Below are positions 10,267 through 21,819 of a stretch of 64,000 nucleotides of DNA, piece after piece (the stretch's first letter is position 1; every line of letters begins with the position of its first letter). This stretch comes from an uncultured Planctomycetota bacterium. Its GTDB lineage: Bacteria; Planctomycetota; Planctomycetia; Isosphaerales; Isosphaeraceae. The notes under the pieces are model-generated. The model saw nothing but the letters and a program-made list of their open reading frames with translations, did not search any database and was not told the DNA's origin. Position numbers and translations under genes: made by a program. The stretch is from the NCBI GenBank assembly GCA_963845755.1, contig CAWJTV010000040.1, positions 32,001-96,000 of the forward strand, written 5' to 3'.

Positions 10267-11339
10267 ATGCCGAAACTCGTCAATCGTCCGCCCAAGTATG
10301 CTTACCACGCTGCCTCTGGACGCGCGCGCGTCCGATACCGGGGGCAGGAGATCCTCCTATCCGGTCGGCACGGCTCCCAGGAGAGCCTCGAGGCGTATGC
10401 CCGGTTCGTCGCCAGCATCGCGAACAACCAGGCTCCTGTGGCGATCCCAGAACCCTCCCCGGCCATCCTCTCGATCGCGGAGCTGTGTGAGCGGTTCTGG
10501 CTTCATGCCCAGGTCTACTATCGCCGTCCTGATGGCACTCCGACCGGAGAAGCCGACGTCTGCAAGGCCGCACTCCGGCCCGTACTGCACCTGTTCGGCC
10601 GTAACCTCGTCTCCGAGTTCTCGCCCCAGAGTTTGAAGCTCGTCAGGCAGGAGATGATCCGCCTCGACTGGTGCCGGAATCACGTCAACGCGGCGATCCG
10701 CCGGGTTCGTCGTTGCTTCCGGTGGGGCGTCGAGGAGGGGCTGGTACCTCACGGCGTCTCAGGCGCCATCGCGGCCGTGTCGGCGCTCAAGAAGGGCCGT
10801 ACCGAGTGCCGGGAGAAGGCTTTGTCCGGCCCGGTCGCAGAAGAACACATCACGGCCGTCATGCCCCACGTCTCGAAGCTCGTCGGCGGCCTGGTCCAGG
10901 TCATGCGACTTTCAGGCATGCGGCCCGGCGAGGCGATGGCGATGACTGTCGAGGAGATCGACCGCTCCGATCCAGCATGTTGGCTCTACCGGCCCGGCCA
11001 GCACAAGACCAGCCATCGCGGCAAGTCGAGGGTCATCTACCTCGGACCGAGGTGCCAAGAGATTCTGGCGCCCGGATCCTGAAGGCCGCAAAGTGCGTCC
11101 GCGTGTTCCCAATGACGAAGGGGGGCCTCAAGTGCGGGATCGATAGGGGGTGTGACGGGGCCGGAGTCCCGCGGTTCGCGCCGAACCAACTGCGGCATTC
11201 CCACGCGACCGCGGTCCGGAAGCAATTCGGCGTCGAGGCCAGCCAGGTAATGCTTGGCCATTCTCACATCAACACGACTGAAATCTACGCCGAAGTGAAC
11301 GCGGATCGCGGGCGGGAGGTGGCCAGGGCGGTCTGGTGA
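10267..11339 (+). CDS. Tyrosine integrase, frameshifted near 11070
   Basis: SGMRPGE, then PNQLRH, MLGH and TTEIY in the next frame. Confidence 0.9.
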
Positions 11340-11549
11340 TGCGACCCGGCTCAAGCCGAGGAAACAATCACTCCAGGCAGTTTGCCGCCTAAGCCCATCG
11401 ATCCGGACTACTGGATCGCCTCTAAGCCTCGGCCTCAGTGTGGTAATATCGATGCGATCCCTGGCTGATCACCAGGGTAGCCGGCCGGATCTGCCTCGCG
11501 ATCCTAACCCCGCGGGCGATCCGGTCCGGCATTTTTCGGGGGTCAGGAA

Positions 11550-12615
11550 ATGCCTGCTTCGCCATTACCTCGTGACCACGAGATGCTTCGGAGTATTGCT
11601 GAGGATGTCTCCTTGGTCGCAACTGCGATTCAAAGCAAGCGCGAAGCGGTCTGGAAGATGCGGCGATTCGAGGATCGTCATCCGGAATGTAGGGAGAGTT
11701 ACGCTTCTCTATGGGGAAAAATCGAACAGGAGATCAAACTCCAACCGAGTCGCGGTCCGGCTCTTCTAAGGGAAGCGGGTGAATATGTAAAATGTTTCCA
11801 AAGCCTCGAAGAAGACCCTTTTGGGCCACCGCCATCGTCTTGGATACGGATACGGCCATACCTCGATCTGCCCAATGACGCCGAGGGCAAAAGAGAGCAA
11901 ATAAGATCCTCGGGGGGCTCTCTCTAATTTCCTTGCAGGCTGTATTCGGGCTGTTCTTGATCTCCAGAGAGCAGTGTTGGAAAGACTGGCCGAATCACCT
12001 TCCGGCGGAACGGATCAGGGACAAGCGAACGGGCCAAGCAAGCCAGAAAAAAAATCCAAGAGACCGCCTGATCGCCCACGCAAGCCCGACACTCTCGCCA
12101 CCTCGACCGTTACTCCGTCCCATCTCTCAAGTTCTAGCGGCGATCTGGATGCCGACGAGGACACAGACAGTCGAGTTGCGGCAATCCTCCGTGAGAAGCC
12201 GCGCACCAAATCGCCAGTAATCGCCGACATACTCAAACTGTCCGAAAAGACCATCCGGAAAACGGCAGCCTGGCGAGCCAACCGGAAGTTTCTGAATAAA
12301 CAGAAAGCAACAAGGACGGAAGGCGACAGACGACTAACCCGGCGGATGCTAGCCTCGATCCCCTCCGGGTCTGACGACCCCGCCGAAATCATCGCCGAAC
12401 AAGAAGAGAAAGACGACACACTGACCGTCGAGCCCATCGACGTGTTGCGACGTCGATACCTGGAAGGGGCTGACGCTAGCCAGAAAGCTCGGTTTTACCG
12501 AATGAACGAAGTGGACCAAGAATACGAGCTTACTGCTTGGAAAATAACTGGCGATCGCCTGGCGGAGTCAGCGCCACCCACCCTGCCCCCCCGGGGAGCG
12601 TTTGGGAGCGTCTGA
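11550..12615 (+). CDS. Hypothetical protein(s) with a C-terminal HTH-like segment; possibly one frameshifted gene
   Basis: ORFs 11550..11927 and 11974..12615 ('IADILKLSEKTIRK'). Confidence 0.4.
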
Positions 12616-12694
12616 CGTAGGTGAGGCCGCTATCGAGTACAGCCAATAGGGTATGGCGTACCGAGTAGAGGGCCGCCCATGTCGGGAGTGACCC

Positions 12695-12940
12695 GTGGGG
12701 ACCCATAGAGAGGTTGCCTTGACTCTCGGGGCGATCGCCCGAGAGCTGGGCGAGCCCATCCATCGCGTTGAATACGCAATACGGACCCGAAGCATCAAGC
12801 CTGTGTCCGTGGCAGGCCACATCCGAGTCTTCGGCGACGACGTGATCGAGCGTGTCGCAGGCATCCTGTGTCAGATCGATCAGCAGAAGCTTCACTCCAG
12901 CCGTCGGCCTATGAGTCCGGGGGTGGCGTGTGGCGCTTAA
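12695..12940 (+). CDS. Small MerR/Xis-like DNA-binding protein
   Basis: 'LTLGAIARELGEPIHRVEYAIRTR...RVF'. Confidence 0.65.
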   Translation: MGTHREVALTLGAIARELGEPIHRVEYAIRTRSIKPVSVAGHIRVFGDDVIERVAGILCQIDQQKLHSSRRPMSPGVACGA

Positions 12941-13280
12941 TTCAGCCTTCTCTCGATCAGCGACTTATCTTCGTCCTGCCCAGGCGGTGCGCCATTGGCC
13001 GCACGACGGACGTCCGCCACATCCTGCCAAGTTCGTCCGATCCATCGTCCGGGGAACAGCATCGCGTGCCCGGCCCGGGGAACGGATCAGACTACGCGCG
13101 ATCCGCGATTCCCAGGGCTGGCTAACCACTGCGGAGTGGATCGAGGAGTTCTTGACGAGTCTGACCACGGATCGGCTCGGCGAGCAGGCGACGAATCCGC
13201 TGGTTGAGGAACGCGCCGAACAGGCCACACAGCGGCTTGTTGCGGCGGGTTGGTGGTGCGCAGCGAAACCGCCGGGGTGA
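12930..13280 (+). CDS. DUF1580-like (Xis-type) protein
   Basis: 'PHPAKFVR...RG...IRLRAIR...WLTTAEWIEEFL' pattern. Confidence 0.65.
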   Translation: MALNSAFSRSATYLRPAQAVRHWPHDGRPPHPAKFVRSIVRGTASRARPGERIRLRAIRDSQGWLTTAEWIEEFLTSLTTDRLGEQATNPLVEERAEQATQRLVAAGWWCAAKPPG

Positions 13281-13332
13281 CGACCCGGCGGAACGCGATA
13301 TCGTTCGACTGTAACCCAAAAGCGAAAGGCCG

Positions 13333-13548
13333 ATGAATCCTATCCTGAGAAGTGCTCAAGAGCAACCCCCGCCGATCGAAGATCCCGAGCCGGTCACCTG
13401 TACTGTCTGTGGGCGGGTTGCCCGTTATCGCGGTCAACGCAATCGGACCGAACTGTTTTCGTGCGAGAGCGACGGATGCGTCGTCACGATCTTCGAAGTT
13501 CATGACCCCTCCCTGGTGTCGCCCATGAGGCGGGGAGGCGGAGCATGA
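13333..13548 (+). CDS. Small zinc-ribbon protein
   Basis: CxxC...CxxxxC; overlaps the next start codon. Confidence 0.5.
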   Translation: MNPILRSAQEQPPPIEDPEPVTCTVCGRVARYRGQRNRTELFSCESDGCVVTIFEVHDPSLVSPMRRGGGA

Positions 13549-14940
13549 GCGTGGCCTCCCCATCGAAAGACAGACTTGTCCGACTTTCGCTCGACGCGAT
13601 CAAACCCGCTCCCGAAAACGAGCTGGTCTACCGGCCTGTGCGTACGGACGATCCCGAGATCAGAAACCTGGCGATCAGCATCCGGGATCACGGGCTCCAG
13701 GAGCCCATCGTCATCTCGCAGGACCACTTCATCCTGAGCGGACACCGGAGGCATGCCGCATGCCGCCTCGCGGGCCTGACCGAGATCCCGTGTCGCGTAG
13801 CGGAGATCAGCCGCTACGACCCCGAGTTCGAGACGATGCTGGTCGAGTTCAATCGTCAGCGCGTCAAGGACTTCGCCGAGATCGTGCGAGAGAAGGTTGT
13901 CACGCACAATCCTGACGATGCTTACCGGGCACTCAAGGCGCACCGAGAGGAGATGTCTGCCGTTAGTGGCGATTGCCTCAAGATCGATGGGACGAAGGAA
14001 CGCAAGCGGATCAGCAGCGCAAAAACGGCCCATGCTGGACGCCGCGATCAAGGTCATCGGCGCCCAGCAAAAATACTGGCCGCTCTCGGATCGGTCGATC
14101 CATTACAACCTGCTGAACTCTCCGCCGCTACGCCATGCCGGCAAGGCTGATTCCCACTATCGGAACAATATCGATTGTTACAAGGACCTGTGTGACCTGT
14201 TGACAAGGGCTCGACTTACGGGAGAGATCCCGTTCGCGGCCATCGCGGACCCAACGCGCCCCGTCGTGATATGGGATGTGTTTGCCGAGGTCGGCGGTTT
14301 CATCCACCGTGATTTGCAGCGTTTCCTCGGCGGATACCACCGGAATCTGCAACAGAGCCAGCCTGTACATATCGAAATCGTGGGCGAGAAGAACACGATC
14401 GCGGGCTCCATCAAGGGTATAGCGGCAGAGTATTGCATCCCCTACACGCTGGGACGTGGATACTCATCATTGGACCCACGGCACCGCCTCTACCAGCGAT
14501 TCAAGAAGAGCGGGAAGCATAAGCTGGTCCTCTTGATCCTGTCCGACTTCGATCCGGAGGGGGAGGATATTGCCCATTCGTTCGCGCGATCGATGCGGGA
14601 TGATTTCGGGGTGCAGAGCGTCCACGCCAAGAAGGTCTGCCTGACCCACGAGCAGGTCTTGGAGCGAAACATCCCCAAGACCTTCGACATCAAGAAGAGC
14701 ACCTCTCGTTATCGCAAGTTCGCGGCGAGGTATGGGGACCGCGCCCACGAGTTGGAGGCACTGTCGCCTCAAGAGAGGGCGCGTCTGCTGGAGGAGGCGA
14801 TCCTCGAGGTGATGGACGTTGAGGCATCCAACGCCGAGGTTGACGCCGAGGCGGAAGACGCGGCGAAGCTCCAGGGACTTCGGGAGGCAGTCGGTCCGCT
14901 CCTGATGAGTGTCCTCTCCGGCGAGGGAGGTCTCCGGTGA
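13545..14940 (+). CDS. ParB-N domain fused to a Toprim-like domain, frameshifted near 14025
   Basis: 'SIRDHGLQEPIV...ILSGHRRHAA'; then 'IVGEK...GRGYSS...SDFDPEG...ELEAL'. Confidence 0.8.
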
Positions 14941-17587
14941 GCACCACCCAAACCGGACCAGACGGCATCCTCAAGGGACCTGGCCCCGCCCTGCGACGCA
15001 CGGTCGAGGCGCAAGCGAGAGAGGCCACACCCGGGCAGGCTCTCTCCAGATTGAAGTCGGCGACCTAGTCACCTGGACCGACCTCGACGGACGCGAGTGG
15101 CCTCCGAGGCGTGTTCGGGAAATCTACCCAGATCAGGGCTATTGCGTGATCGAAGGCTCCGATACGGGGTTGCCGATCGAGCAATGCGTGCTCGACATCC
15201 ACCTGGCGACCGCACTCAAGGCGCTTGCCGTAGAGCTCTCCCCGGCGCTGCCTACCGAAGATGGGCTCAAGAAGCCGGATGGACCCTGGAAGCGCTACCA
15301 GACCACTCCGGCGACCGAGGCCGAGGTCAGGAGTTGGTATCGATCCCGCCGAACCGGCAACGGGCTCGTCACGGGATATGGCAACCTGGAGTGCCTGGAG
15401 TTCGACGACCACCTAATCTATGAGCGATTCCGGGAGGCCGCGAACAAACTTGGCTTCGGTGACTTGATCACCCGGATCGAGACCGGATATTCCGAGGCGA
15501 CCCCGGGCGGCGGGATTCACTGGCTATATCGATGCGAGACGCTGGACGGCAACACCAAGTTGGCAGAGCGTCCGAACCCGACCGAGAAGGATCCGGACGG
15601 ACGCAAGCCCCTGATCGAGACACGCGGTATCGGCGGGTTCGTCGTGACGGCGCCGAGCAACGGCAAGGTGCACCCCAGCGGCGGGGCCTACAAGTTTCTC
15701 TCAGGCGGACTCGACTCCATCGCCACGATCTCGTCGGAGGAACGAGAGGCTCTCTTCCTGCTAGCCAGGACGTTTGACGAGATTCCGGATCCGGTGGAGG
15801 CGGAGCCGTCGCCGTGGGCGATGCAGGTCCCGCACAGCCATCCCACCCAGGGCGTTTCTCCGCTCGACGACTTCAAGGCTCGCGCGAGGCTGGCGGACAT
15901 TATCGAGCCGTTCGGGTGGCAGAAGGTCTTCACGAGTGGCGGGGTCGAATACTGCGCAGGCCCGACAAGGATCGAGGGTGGAGCGCCGACGTGGGGCAAA
16001 ACCAAGGGTTTTCGCGTCTTCACGTCATCGACGCCCCTCGAGGCCAAGAGCCTGTCGCTGCCGTATGTGTACTGCAAACTGAAGCACAACGGCGATTGGA
16101 AGGCATGCGTCAAGGACCTAGCACAACAGGGTTTCGGGACGTGGATCGACGATCAGGGCGAAGAAAAGCAGAATCCCGCCCCCTCGAGCTCGAGACGCAA
16201 CGGTCAGCATCAAGCCGGCAGCAAGGCGCAGGCGACGCCAGGCTCTAACCCGAAGCCGAGTCCCAACGGGACCGGACAAACGCTTGTCGTTTTGACAGAA
16301 CCCGACATCGAGGACGTCGAGATACTCGATCACTGGCCGCGGATCGACCCGAAAGCCTTCCATGGATTCGCGGGTGAGCTGGTCGCGATGGTCGAGCCGC
16401 ATACCGAGGCGGACCCGGTCGCGATCCTGATGCAATTCCTCGTGGGGTTCGGCAATGCGATCGGGCGGGAAGCTCACTTTTCTGTCGGGGCGACCCGCCA
16501 CTACCTCAATCTGTTCATCGCTTTGATCGGGGCAACGGCAGTCGGACGCAAGGGAACCTCGTGGGACATCATCTCGTGGTTCCTAGCCCTGGCGGATCTC
16601 GTCTGGGCGGCAGACAGGATTCAGGGCGGACTCGTGAGCGGCGAAGGGCTCATCTACCATGTCCGCGATGCCGTTTGGGAAGAACGAGAGACCAAGGACA
16701 AGAAAACCGGGACCACGACCAAGGATTTGGTATGCACGGACGCAGGGGTGGCGGACAAGCGGCTCCTCGTGGTCGAGACGGAAATGGGCCGAATGTTGAA
16801 AGCGATGAACCGCGAAACCAATACCCTCAGCGACGTCATCCGACAAGCATGGGATACTGGTCAGCTTCGGACTCTCGGTAAGCATGCCCCGGCAAAGGCG
16901 ACCAACGCCCATGTCTCCCTGGTCTGCCATGCGACCCAAGCTGACATCCGAAAGCACCTGACCGAGACGGATTCCGCCAACGGCTTCGCGAATCGTTTCT
17001 GGTGGATAAGCTCGCGCCGCTCCAAGGTCCTACCAGACGGCGGGGATCTGGGGGCGATCGAGTGGACGCCCATGCAAGAACGACTGATTCGAATAGTCGA
17101 GTTCGCCAGAGAGCCGAAGCGGCGGATGACCCGCGACACCAGGGCGTCCAAAGCCTGGCACGCGATCTACGAGGAATTGTCGTCTGGACGACCCGGGTTG
17201 GTCGGCAAGATCCTCAGCCGGGCCGAGGCGCAGGTCATGCGGGCGGCGTGCCTCTATGCACTGCTCGACATGGCCGATCAGGTCAGGATTCTCCATCTCG
17301 AGGCCGCGGTTGCGGCGTGGGAATTCAACGAAGCATCGACCCGATTGATCTTCGGAGAAGGAATGGGCGATCCCGACGCCGAGAAGCTCTTGAAGGGGCT
17401 GAAGGAGAATCCCCAGGGGCTAACCCGATCCCAGATCAACGCCGACATTTTTAAGCGTAACAAGAAGGCGAGCGAACTCGGGGCGCTCTTGTCTGACATG
17501 CTCACCCAAGGTCTCATCCATCGAAAAACCGACCAGAGCACAGGGGGTCGAGCGGCGGAGCGGTGGTACTTCGGGAGGGGCGTGTGA
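14909..17587 (+). CDS. Bifunctional primase-polymerase plus DUF3987-like helicase (start uncertain)
   Basis: Prim-pol motifs LEFD, TPGGGIH, ETRGIGGFVVTAPS; C-terminal 'GATAVGRKGTS', 'SGEGLI', 'NGFANRF'. Confidence 0.85.
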   Translation: MSSPAREVSGEHHPNRTRRHPQGTWPRPATHGRGASERGHTRAGSLQIEVGDLVTWTDLDGREWPPRRVREIYPDQGYCVIEGSDTGLPIEQCVLDIHLATALKALAVELSPALPTEDGLKKPDGPWKRYQTTPATEAEVRSWYRSRRTGNGLVTGYGNLECLEFDDHLIYERFREAANKLGFGDLITRIETGYSEATPGGGIHWLYRCETLDGNTKLAERPNPTEKDPDGRKPLIETRGIGGFVVTAPSNGKVHPSGGAYKFLSGGLDSIATISSEEREALFLLARTFDEIPDPVEAEPSPWAMQVPHSHPTQGVSPLDDFKARARLADIIEPFGWQKVFTSGGVEYCAGPTRIEGGAPTWGKTKGFRVFTSSTPLEAKSLSLPYVYCKLKHNGDWKACVKDLAQQGFGTWIDDQGEEKQNPAPSSSRRNGQHQAGSKAQATPGSNPKPSPNGTGQTLVVLTEPDIEDVEILDHWPRIDPKAFHGFAGELVAMVEPHTEADPVAILMQFLVGFGNAIGREAHFSVGATRHYLNLFIALIGATAVGRKGTSWDIISWFLALADLVWAADRIQGGLVSGEGLIYHVRDAVWEERETKDKKTGTTTKDLVCTDAGVADKRLLVVETEMGRMLKAMNRETNTLSDVIRQAWDTGQLRTLGKHAPAKATNAHVSLVCHATQADIRKHLTETDSANGFANRFWWISSRRSKVLPDGGDLGAIEWTPMQERLIRIVEFAREPKRRMTRDTRASKAWHAIYEELSSGRPGLVGKILSRAEAQVMRAACLYALLDMADQVRILHLEAAVAAWEFNEASTRLIFGEGMGDPDAEKLLKGLKENPQGLTRSQINADIFKRNKKASELGALLSDMLTQGLIHRKTDQSTGGRAAERWYFGRGV

Positions 17588-17840
17588 TGGGTTACGAAAG
17601 AAGTCTTCATCGTACGAAAAAAGTCCCCTCAGGCATGGTGTCTGCCCAGACTTCTTTCGTACGCCACGAAGTAAGTGGGACCGATCATCGAGATGGCGTC
17701 GTTTTCGATCACCAGGACGGCAGCGCGCTGCGGGTTGCGGAGGGTGTGGCGCGATGGGCGCGTACACCAGCACCACTCGGCACGTTGCGAAAAGCGCGGA
17801 GTCCATTCGAACCTGGAGTTGAGCGTGGCAAAGCCCGGAA

Positions 17841-18160
17841 CGGACGAGCCGGCCAGGCGTTCGCGCTTGTTGAGTCCGGCGTGGTGGCCGGGGCCACCGC
17901 CAATTCCTCGCTGCGAACCGTCACGGGCCGCAAACAGGATGACCAGGCCGCCGAGACGAAGCCCCCCGCAGGAAGCTGCTCGCGGATTCTGGATCAGAGC
18001 CTGGAGCCAACGCGAGCCCGCCCTTCAAGGAACCGGCCGCTCGAGTGACCCAGCACGGTGGCTGGGTTGGCTCAAGGGTGGGCTGGACGATCCCCACCAC
18101 TCACGCCGAAACCACTCTCATCGCGTCGAACACCCGATCCGGACGTTGGCGTACCGCGAT
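17841..18160 (-). ncRNA. Candidate structured RNA downstream of istB (copy 1)
   Basis: Conserved with 31580-31902, with compensatory stem changes. Confidence 0.55.
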
Positions 18161-18164
18161 TTGG

Positions 18165-18935
18165 TCACTCGTCGGTCGAATCGGGATCTTTGTCTTTCAT
18201 GCGATAACTGTCTCCTTGAATCACGATCCCCTCCCCGTGATGCATCAGCCGGTCGATCAAGGCCGTGGCCAGGGTGTTGTCCACATCGAAGAGTTTGCCC
18301 CATTCCCGGAACGGTCGATTCGTGGTGATCACGATCGATCCCACTTCATAACGGGCGGCGACAACCTGGAACAACAAATCGGCCCCACGCTTGTCGATGG
18401 GCAGATAGCCCAGCTCATCAAGGAGGAGAAGACTGGGACGGACATAACTTCGGAGCGTTTTGCCCAGCGACCCATTGAGCTGGGCCGCGGTCAGATGATT
18501 GATCATGTCCACCACACGCGTATGGCGAACCGAATGGCCACGCTCAACGGCTGTGTAACCCAGTGCCGTGAGAAGATGGGACTTGCCCGTTCCGGTCGGC
18601 CCAATCAGAACGGCACAGCCGTGCTGCTCGATGAAGTCGCAGTCGAACAAGCGCACGATCGCGGCCTTGGGGATTCGCTTGGGGAACCTGAAGTCGTATT
18701 CAGCCAGGGTCTTTGGCTTGGGAAGCCGCGCCTCACGCAGCCGACGCTCCAGAGCTCGTTGCTCACGGGCGGCCTGTTCAGCCCCGATCAGGATCGCCAG
18801 AACTTCCAAGAAGGAGCTCCCTTTGCGAGCGGCTTCGTCGAGGACGTCGCGGTAGCTCTTGGCGATCTCTCACAGCTTCAATTCGGCCAGGTCGCGGTCG
18901 AGCCGTGCCTGGAGATTATCCTCACGCCGTGCCAT
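18165..18935 (-). CDS. istB: IS21 helper ATPase IstB (in-frame TGA near 18870)
   Basis: GPTGTGKS, LLLLDELGYLP, ALIDRLMHH. Confidence 0.9.
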
Positions 18936-20432
18936 CAGAGTCCTCGTCGCTGGTGTTACAGAAGCGGTCGTAAATGCCGGGATCCGTCGGTTCCAAATCG
19001 ATCTCGTCAATCAATTCGCGCCGTTTGGGAGTCGGCAGTGTGGGTGTGGGAAGCTGCCGGCGCCGCCGCTCCGCCAGGAGAAGGTTCTCGACGTAGGCCG
19101 CGTCATAGGCCGCCAGCTCCAGGGCCCGGGCGATGGCCGAGACCACCTCGGCCGTGCCGTAGACGCGCGCCAGACCCAGCAAGCGTCGCAGATGGACCCC
19201 CGTCTGCACCGGCTGGCGGTTCAGGCCGAGGTGGAACTGCCGAGCCTCGGGGCCGAGGGCATCAAAGGCCTGTTCCAGCGCCGAGCTCGGCGACCGCCGG
19301 CCCATACTCAGTGCCGCGGTGCGGTGCTCGGGCAGCACGATCAGTTGCCGGCGCCCGTAGCAGCGGGAATGCCGGGCCACGACTTGGCCCTGGTGCACGA
19401 TGCCGACTTCCTGACCGTCGGCGCGAATCGTGACCGTCTGCCGCGCCAGGTGCGGCGGCACCGAGTAACGGTTCGCATCGAACTTGACCCGCGCATGGGG
19501 ACTGGCAACCGCCAGCACGATCTCGGCGGTGTCAAACGGGATCGTGGGAAGTGCGCGGAGCCGCGATCGCTCGTGATGAAACCGGTCTACCGGGCGTTCT
19601 CGAGTCGTCTCATGAATCCGGACGTTGGCAATCTCGTCGCGCCACCGGGGTGCCAGCGCGAGGTAGTCCTCGAAGCGGACGAGCTCGTCGCTGCGACCGG
19701 CCAGGGCGTTTCGTTTCACGTAGCGCACGCCCCCTTCGACAATCCCCTGGGATTCCGGATCGCGCCGTTGGCAGGCGATCGGCTGCAAGTAGTAGTGGCC
19801 GCAGAGCGCCAGGAACTCGGGATGGAAGCAGGCCGCGCGGCCGGAGCCATTGATCACGGCCGCTTTCAAGTTGTCGAAGATGATGGCACGGGGACTGCCA
19901 CCAAAGAACTCCAGGGCGTGCACCAGGCCGCGATAGAATTCCGCCTTGCGCTGCGAGAGGGTGAATTCGATGTAGGTCATCCGGCTGTAGCAGAGGACGG
20001 CCACCAAGACCGAGACCTTGCGGGTCGTGGTCCCGAGTTGGACGTGGCCGCATTCGCCCCAGTCGACCTGCATGGCCTGAGCCGGTTCGTAGTGGACTTC
20101 TTGATAGACGCGACCGCGCGGGGCGAAGGGACCGCACGTAGCGGCGGACGGTAATCACGCTGCCGGTGTAGCCATTGGGACCGCGAGCGATCTCCTCGTG
20201 GACGCGCACCGCCGACAGCTCGGGATACTGGGCCAGCAGGGCGTCGATCTTGGACTTGTAGGGGTCCAAGGAACTGACACGGCAGGGGTCGCGGTGAGTG
20301 GGAGGCTGCTGCAACTGGAGGCGCTCGAGCGACCGTGCGGCAGGAACAGTGAAGTCGCCCGGCGATGGCCCGAGCGGAGAGGTTCTCGATCTCGGCCAGG
20401 CGACGAATCTCGGCCCACAAGGCCACCTTCAT
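18922..20432 (-). CDS. istA: IS21 transposase IstA, frameshifted
   Basis: QVDWG, FDNLK, GIVE motifs; N-terminal HTH. Confidence 0.9.
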
Positions 20433-20842
20433 GGCTGACTCCTTTCCTTGTCAAGAGGTGTCGACGCGATAGCCTGGCGCAGGATATCGCCCAGTTGCAT
20501 CAGCCCGCCGCCGGGCTCGGATCTGCGGCGTTGACAGCGCGGAGGCAAGGAAAGGACCTGGGTTAACGGCGGTTCGTAGGCGATCAGGTCGTAGGCCAAA
20601 AGCTCGTCACGGGCCTGGAGCAAGCTGGGCAGGGGGATGCGCAACCGAGCGGCCAGGGTGCCATCGCTGTAGAAGGACAGGCCGTTGACATCGGCCACGG
20701 CTGACAGAAAGAAGTACAACAGCACGGCCTCGCGTGAGAGCTGGTCCATGTGCTCGCGCACGAAGCGACCGTCGAGCCAGGACCAACCGGTTGCGGGAGG
20801 CCGCCGCAGTCGGTGGGGAACCAGAATGCGCTTGGGTATCAT
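20429..20842 (-). CDS. IS-borne winged-helix accessory protein (orf2)
   Basis: 'LLYFFLSAVADVNGLSFYSDGTLAARL...ARDELL'; homolog at 28906-29315; ATGA-coupled to istA. Confidence 0.75.
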   Translation of the reverse strand: MIPKRILVPHRLRRPPATGWSWLDGRFVREHMDQLSREAVLLYFFLSAVADVNGLSFYSDGTLAARLRIPLPSLLQARDELLAYDLIAYEPPLTQVLSLPPRCQRRRSEPGGGLMQLGDILRQAIASTPLDKERSQP

Positions 20843-20939
20843 GCTGGGGCTCCTGGGGGTGAACAACAGGATGCCCAGGCTAAAGCAGTCTGCCGGTACC
20901 ACGCGATAATTGACGACCGGCGCCTTGGGGGAAGGGTCG

Positions 20940-21517
20940 TCATAGCGGCGGTGACCGGGGTGGCCGATCGGTGGTGTCTTGCTGACACCGGGATCGATTG
21001 CGGTGTGCGGCCTGGTATTCGATGGCGCGCTTGTTCCGGCCATCCAAGGTGCCGCGAGCGAGCCACTTACGTTCGCGGTCCCGGACGTTGCGAACGGCCT
21101 GACGGCAGGCGGTGCCGCAGTAGCGAGCCGGGTTGCGCGATGAGTTCACCGGGGGTTGGTAGCAGCCAGGCCGATCGCAGAAGGGGTGGGGGAAAAATTT
21201 TCTGCTGCGTGACCACGCGCAGGCGCAACGTCCGGGTTCTCAATAGCTTTGGGCGTGGCTTTGGCTTGCTGGCGGCGCTGTTTCTCGGCCTGGGCATGCT
21301 GGGCTTTGGCGCGGGCGTCTTGGCGGCGTTTTGCCTGGCGGCGAGCCGCTTGCCAACGGCGGACTTCCCGCAGGCATTCCGGGTCCTGGCAGTAGCGCTG
21401 GTTCCAGCATCGCGGCTGGTACTTGCGTCGGCAACCTTTGCGCAGGCAGATCCGTGGGCGCGGTCGGCGGCCTCTGGGCAGACGGCGGTATCGTTTCGTA
21501 ACGTGAGGAGTGCCCAC
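20940..21517 (-). CDS. IS-borne double C4 zinc-finger protein (orf1), predicted -1 frameshift at 21200-21194
   Basis: CLRKGC...YCQDPEC in frame 0, then CDRPGC...YCGTAC in the -1 frame after A-AAT-TTT. Confidence 0.65.
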
Positions 21518-21622
21518 GGGAGCGGCTACTCTCGAGGGAAAAGCTCGGGGAGAATGTTGATCGCGTTCTCCTCGAGCGCTATTCCAACGCAGACCCGACG
21601 CTGACATGCCAGTATATCGTCT

Positions 21623-21777
21623 TCTCGAGAACAAGGACGGCAAGACAAACGGTCAGAAGTGCCGCGCTGGGAACCAGACGAAGGCGCTGCCGTTGAAGCG
21701 ATCGCCCTCTCGAGAACGAGAACGGAGAGACAAACGGTCAGAAGTGCCGCGCTGGGAACCAGACGAAGGCGCTGCCG
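21623..21777. repeat. Tandem duplication (period 85 bp, exact 50-bp core) in the IS end
   Basis: AGACAAACGGTCAGAAGTGCCGCGCTGGGAACCAGACGAAGGCGCTGCCG at 21643 and 21728. Confidence 0.9.
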
Positions 21778-21819
21778 GTCCAATGATCGAAAGCGCTGCC
21801 GAATCAAAGATCGGTCCCA

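Larger units (their letters stand above)
10130..17675 (+). mobile_element. Satellite/PICI-like integrative element at tRNA-Ile, cut on the right by an IS21-like element
   Basis: Integrase, HTH, DUF1580-like, ParB and primase-helicase in one strand; no attR found in the window. Confidence 0.7.
17676..21819 (-). mobile_element. IS21-family-like element copy 1 (orf1-orf2-istA-istB), no target duplication
   Basis: Terminal inverted repeats TGGGACCGATC...GATCGGTCCCA; flanks GTAAG and CCGGA differ. Confidence 0.85.

Noticed and set aside
18045..20154. Long plus-strand ORFs (462 and 431 aa)
   Set aside because: Antisense shadows of istA/istB in high-GC DNA; the same applies to 5309..6340 and 49943..51310
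21623..21777. Possible CRISPR array
   Set aside because: Two units only, the intervening sequence is partly repeated too, and it lies inside an IS end
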